Part shown: positions 63,413-64,000 of the stretch, in pieces
Layout of the letters: every line of letters begins with the position of its first letter
Numbering within the stretch: position 1 is the stretch's first letter
Source: Adineta vaga
Lineage: Eukaryota > Animalia > Rotifera
Assembly (NCBI GenBank): GCA_021613535.1
Contig: CP075492.1
Coordinates: 2,480,001 to 2,544,000, forward strand
Reading direction: 5' to 3'
DNA: 64,000 bases
The notes under the pieces: generated by a model
Databases searched by the model: none
The model's input: the letters and a program-made list of their open reading frames with translations, nothing else
What the model was told of the DNA's origin: nothing
Translations under genes and position numbers: made by a program

Positions 63413-63950
63413 CTATTTTCGAGTTTTTAATTGAATTGATTGAGATTGAGATATTACAGTAGCAGCAAATTGTGTACCAACATTAACACGATGATTACGC
63501 ATAATATGTAAAACATTAAAAAATTCTTGACGAAATAATCGACTTGATAAACAATGAATATAAAAAGATACCTAAATATATATATAAAATATTATTTCCA
63601 TAAAAAAAAATCTTTTTTATTTAAATTAAACTTACAGCATAATTAATTGAAGCAATTAAAATAGCAATAGAATTAAATTGAAATAATTGTTGTACTGTAA
63701 GTTTTGATCTTAGAACATAAGTCATTAAAATATAAAACAGACTTAATGGAATTTGCGTGAAAAAAAATAAAATAATACTTGAAATCATTATTATAAATAT
63801 TTGTCTTTCAATAAAAATACGACGTTTACGTGTTGATTGTAATGTTTGTTGTTGACAGCGTAATTTTATATAAATATTTATACTTAATATTATGAGAATT
63901 GTTGTTGGAATTATTATTTGAAGAATTGTTATTAATATTGGCCAAATCTT
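63413..63950 (-). CDS. Rhodopsin-like GPCR, 3' exons (TM5-TM7); gene continues beyond the window
   Basis: IIPTTILIILS.., FFFTQIP, SINYA|VSFYIHCLSSRLFRQEF; stop at 63415-63413. Confidence 0.8.
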
Positions 63951-64000
63951 TTTCAAAACAAAAAAAAACATTTTATTTTAAAAAAACAGAAAGAAAATTA

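Overview
Eukaryotic, AT-rich, gene-dense DNA with short GT-AG introns. The gene content (FG-GAP and Kelch propellers, an ART enzyme, orphan rhodopsin-like GPCRs, a REJ polycystin, fungal- or bacterial-like enzymes) points to a bdelloid rotifer genome; this is an inference and the species is not determined. I can support about 15 apparently intact or near-intact genes, about 10 pseudogene fragments, one tRNA-Cys and a mariner relic. The main unexplained structure is a dispersed family of about 45-110 bp palindromes (15 two-armed copies plus several half-sites), none inside an intact CDS. Each is built as (C)TTGAGGG(TGTGGG)n - variable spacer with a one-sided AAGAGA-like motif - (CCCACA)nCCCTCAAG, i.e. 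bdelloid-telomere-like hexamers arranged head-to-head. They sit at gene boundaries and several directly abut the truncation points of decayed genes. Also notable: one Sib-like ectodomain module attached to two different C-termini (a single-pass stalk and a polycystin), a UBL-VWA-E2 fusion split by a 1-nt frameshift, and a trypsin-like protease with hydrophobic helices between its catalytic residues. All family assignments come from motif recognition by eye; no searches were run.
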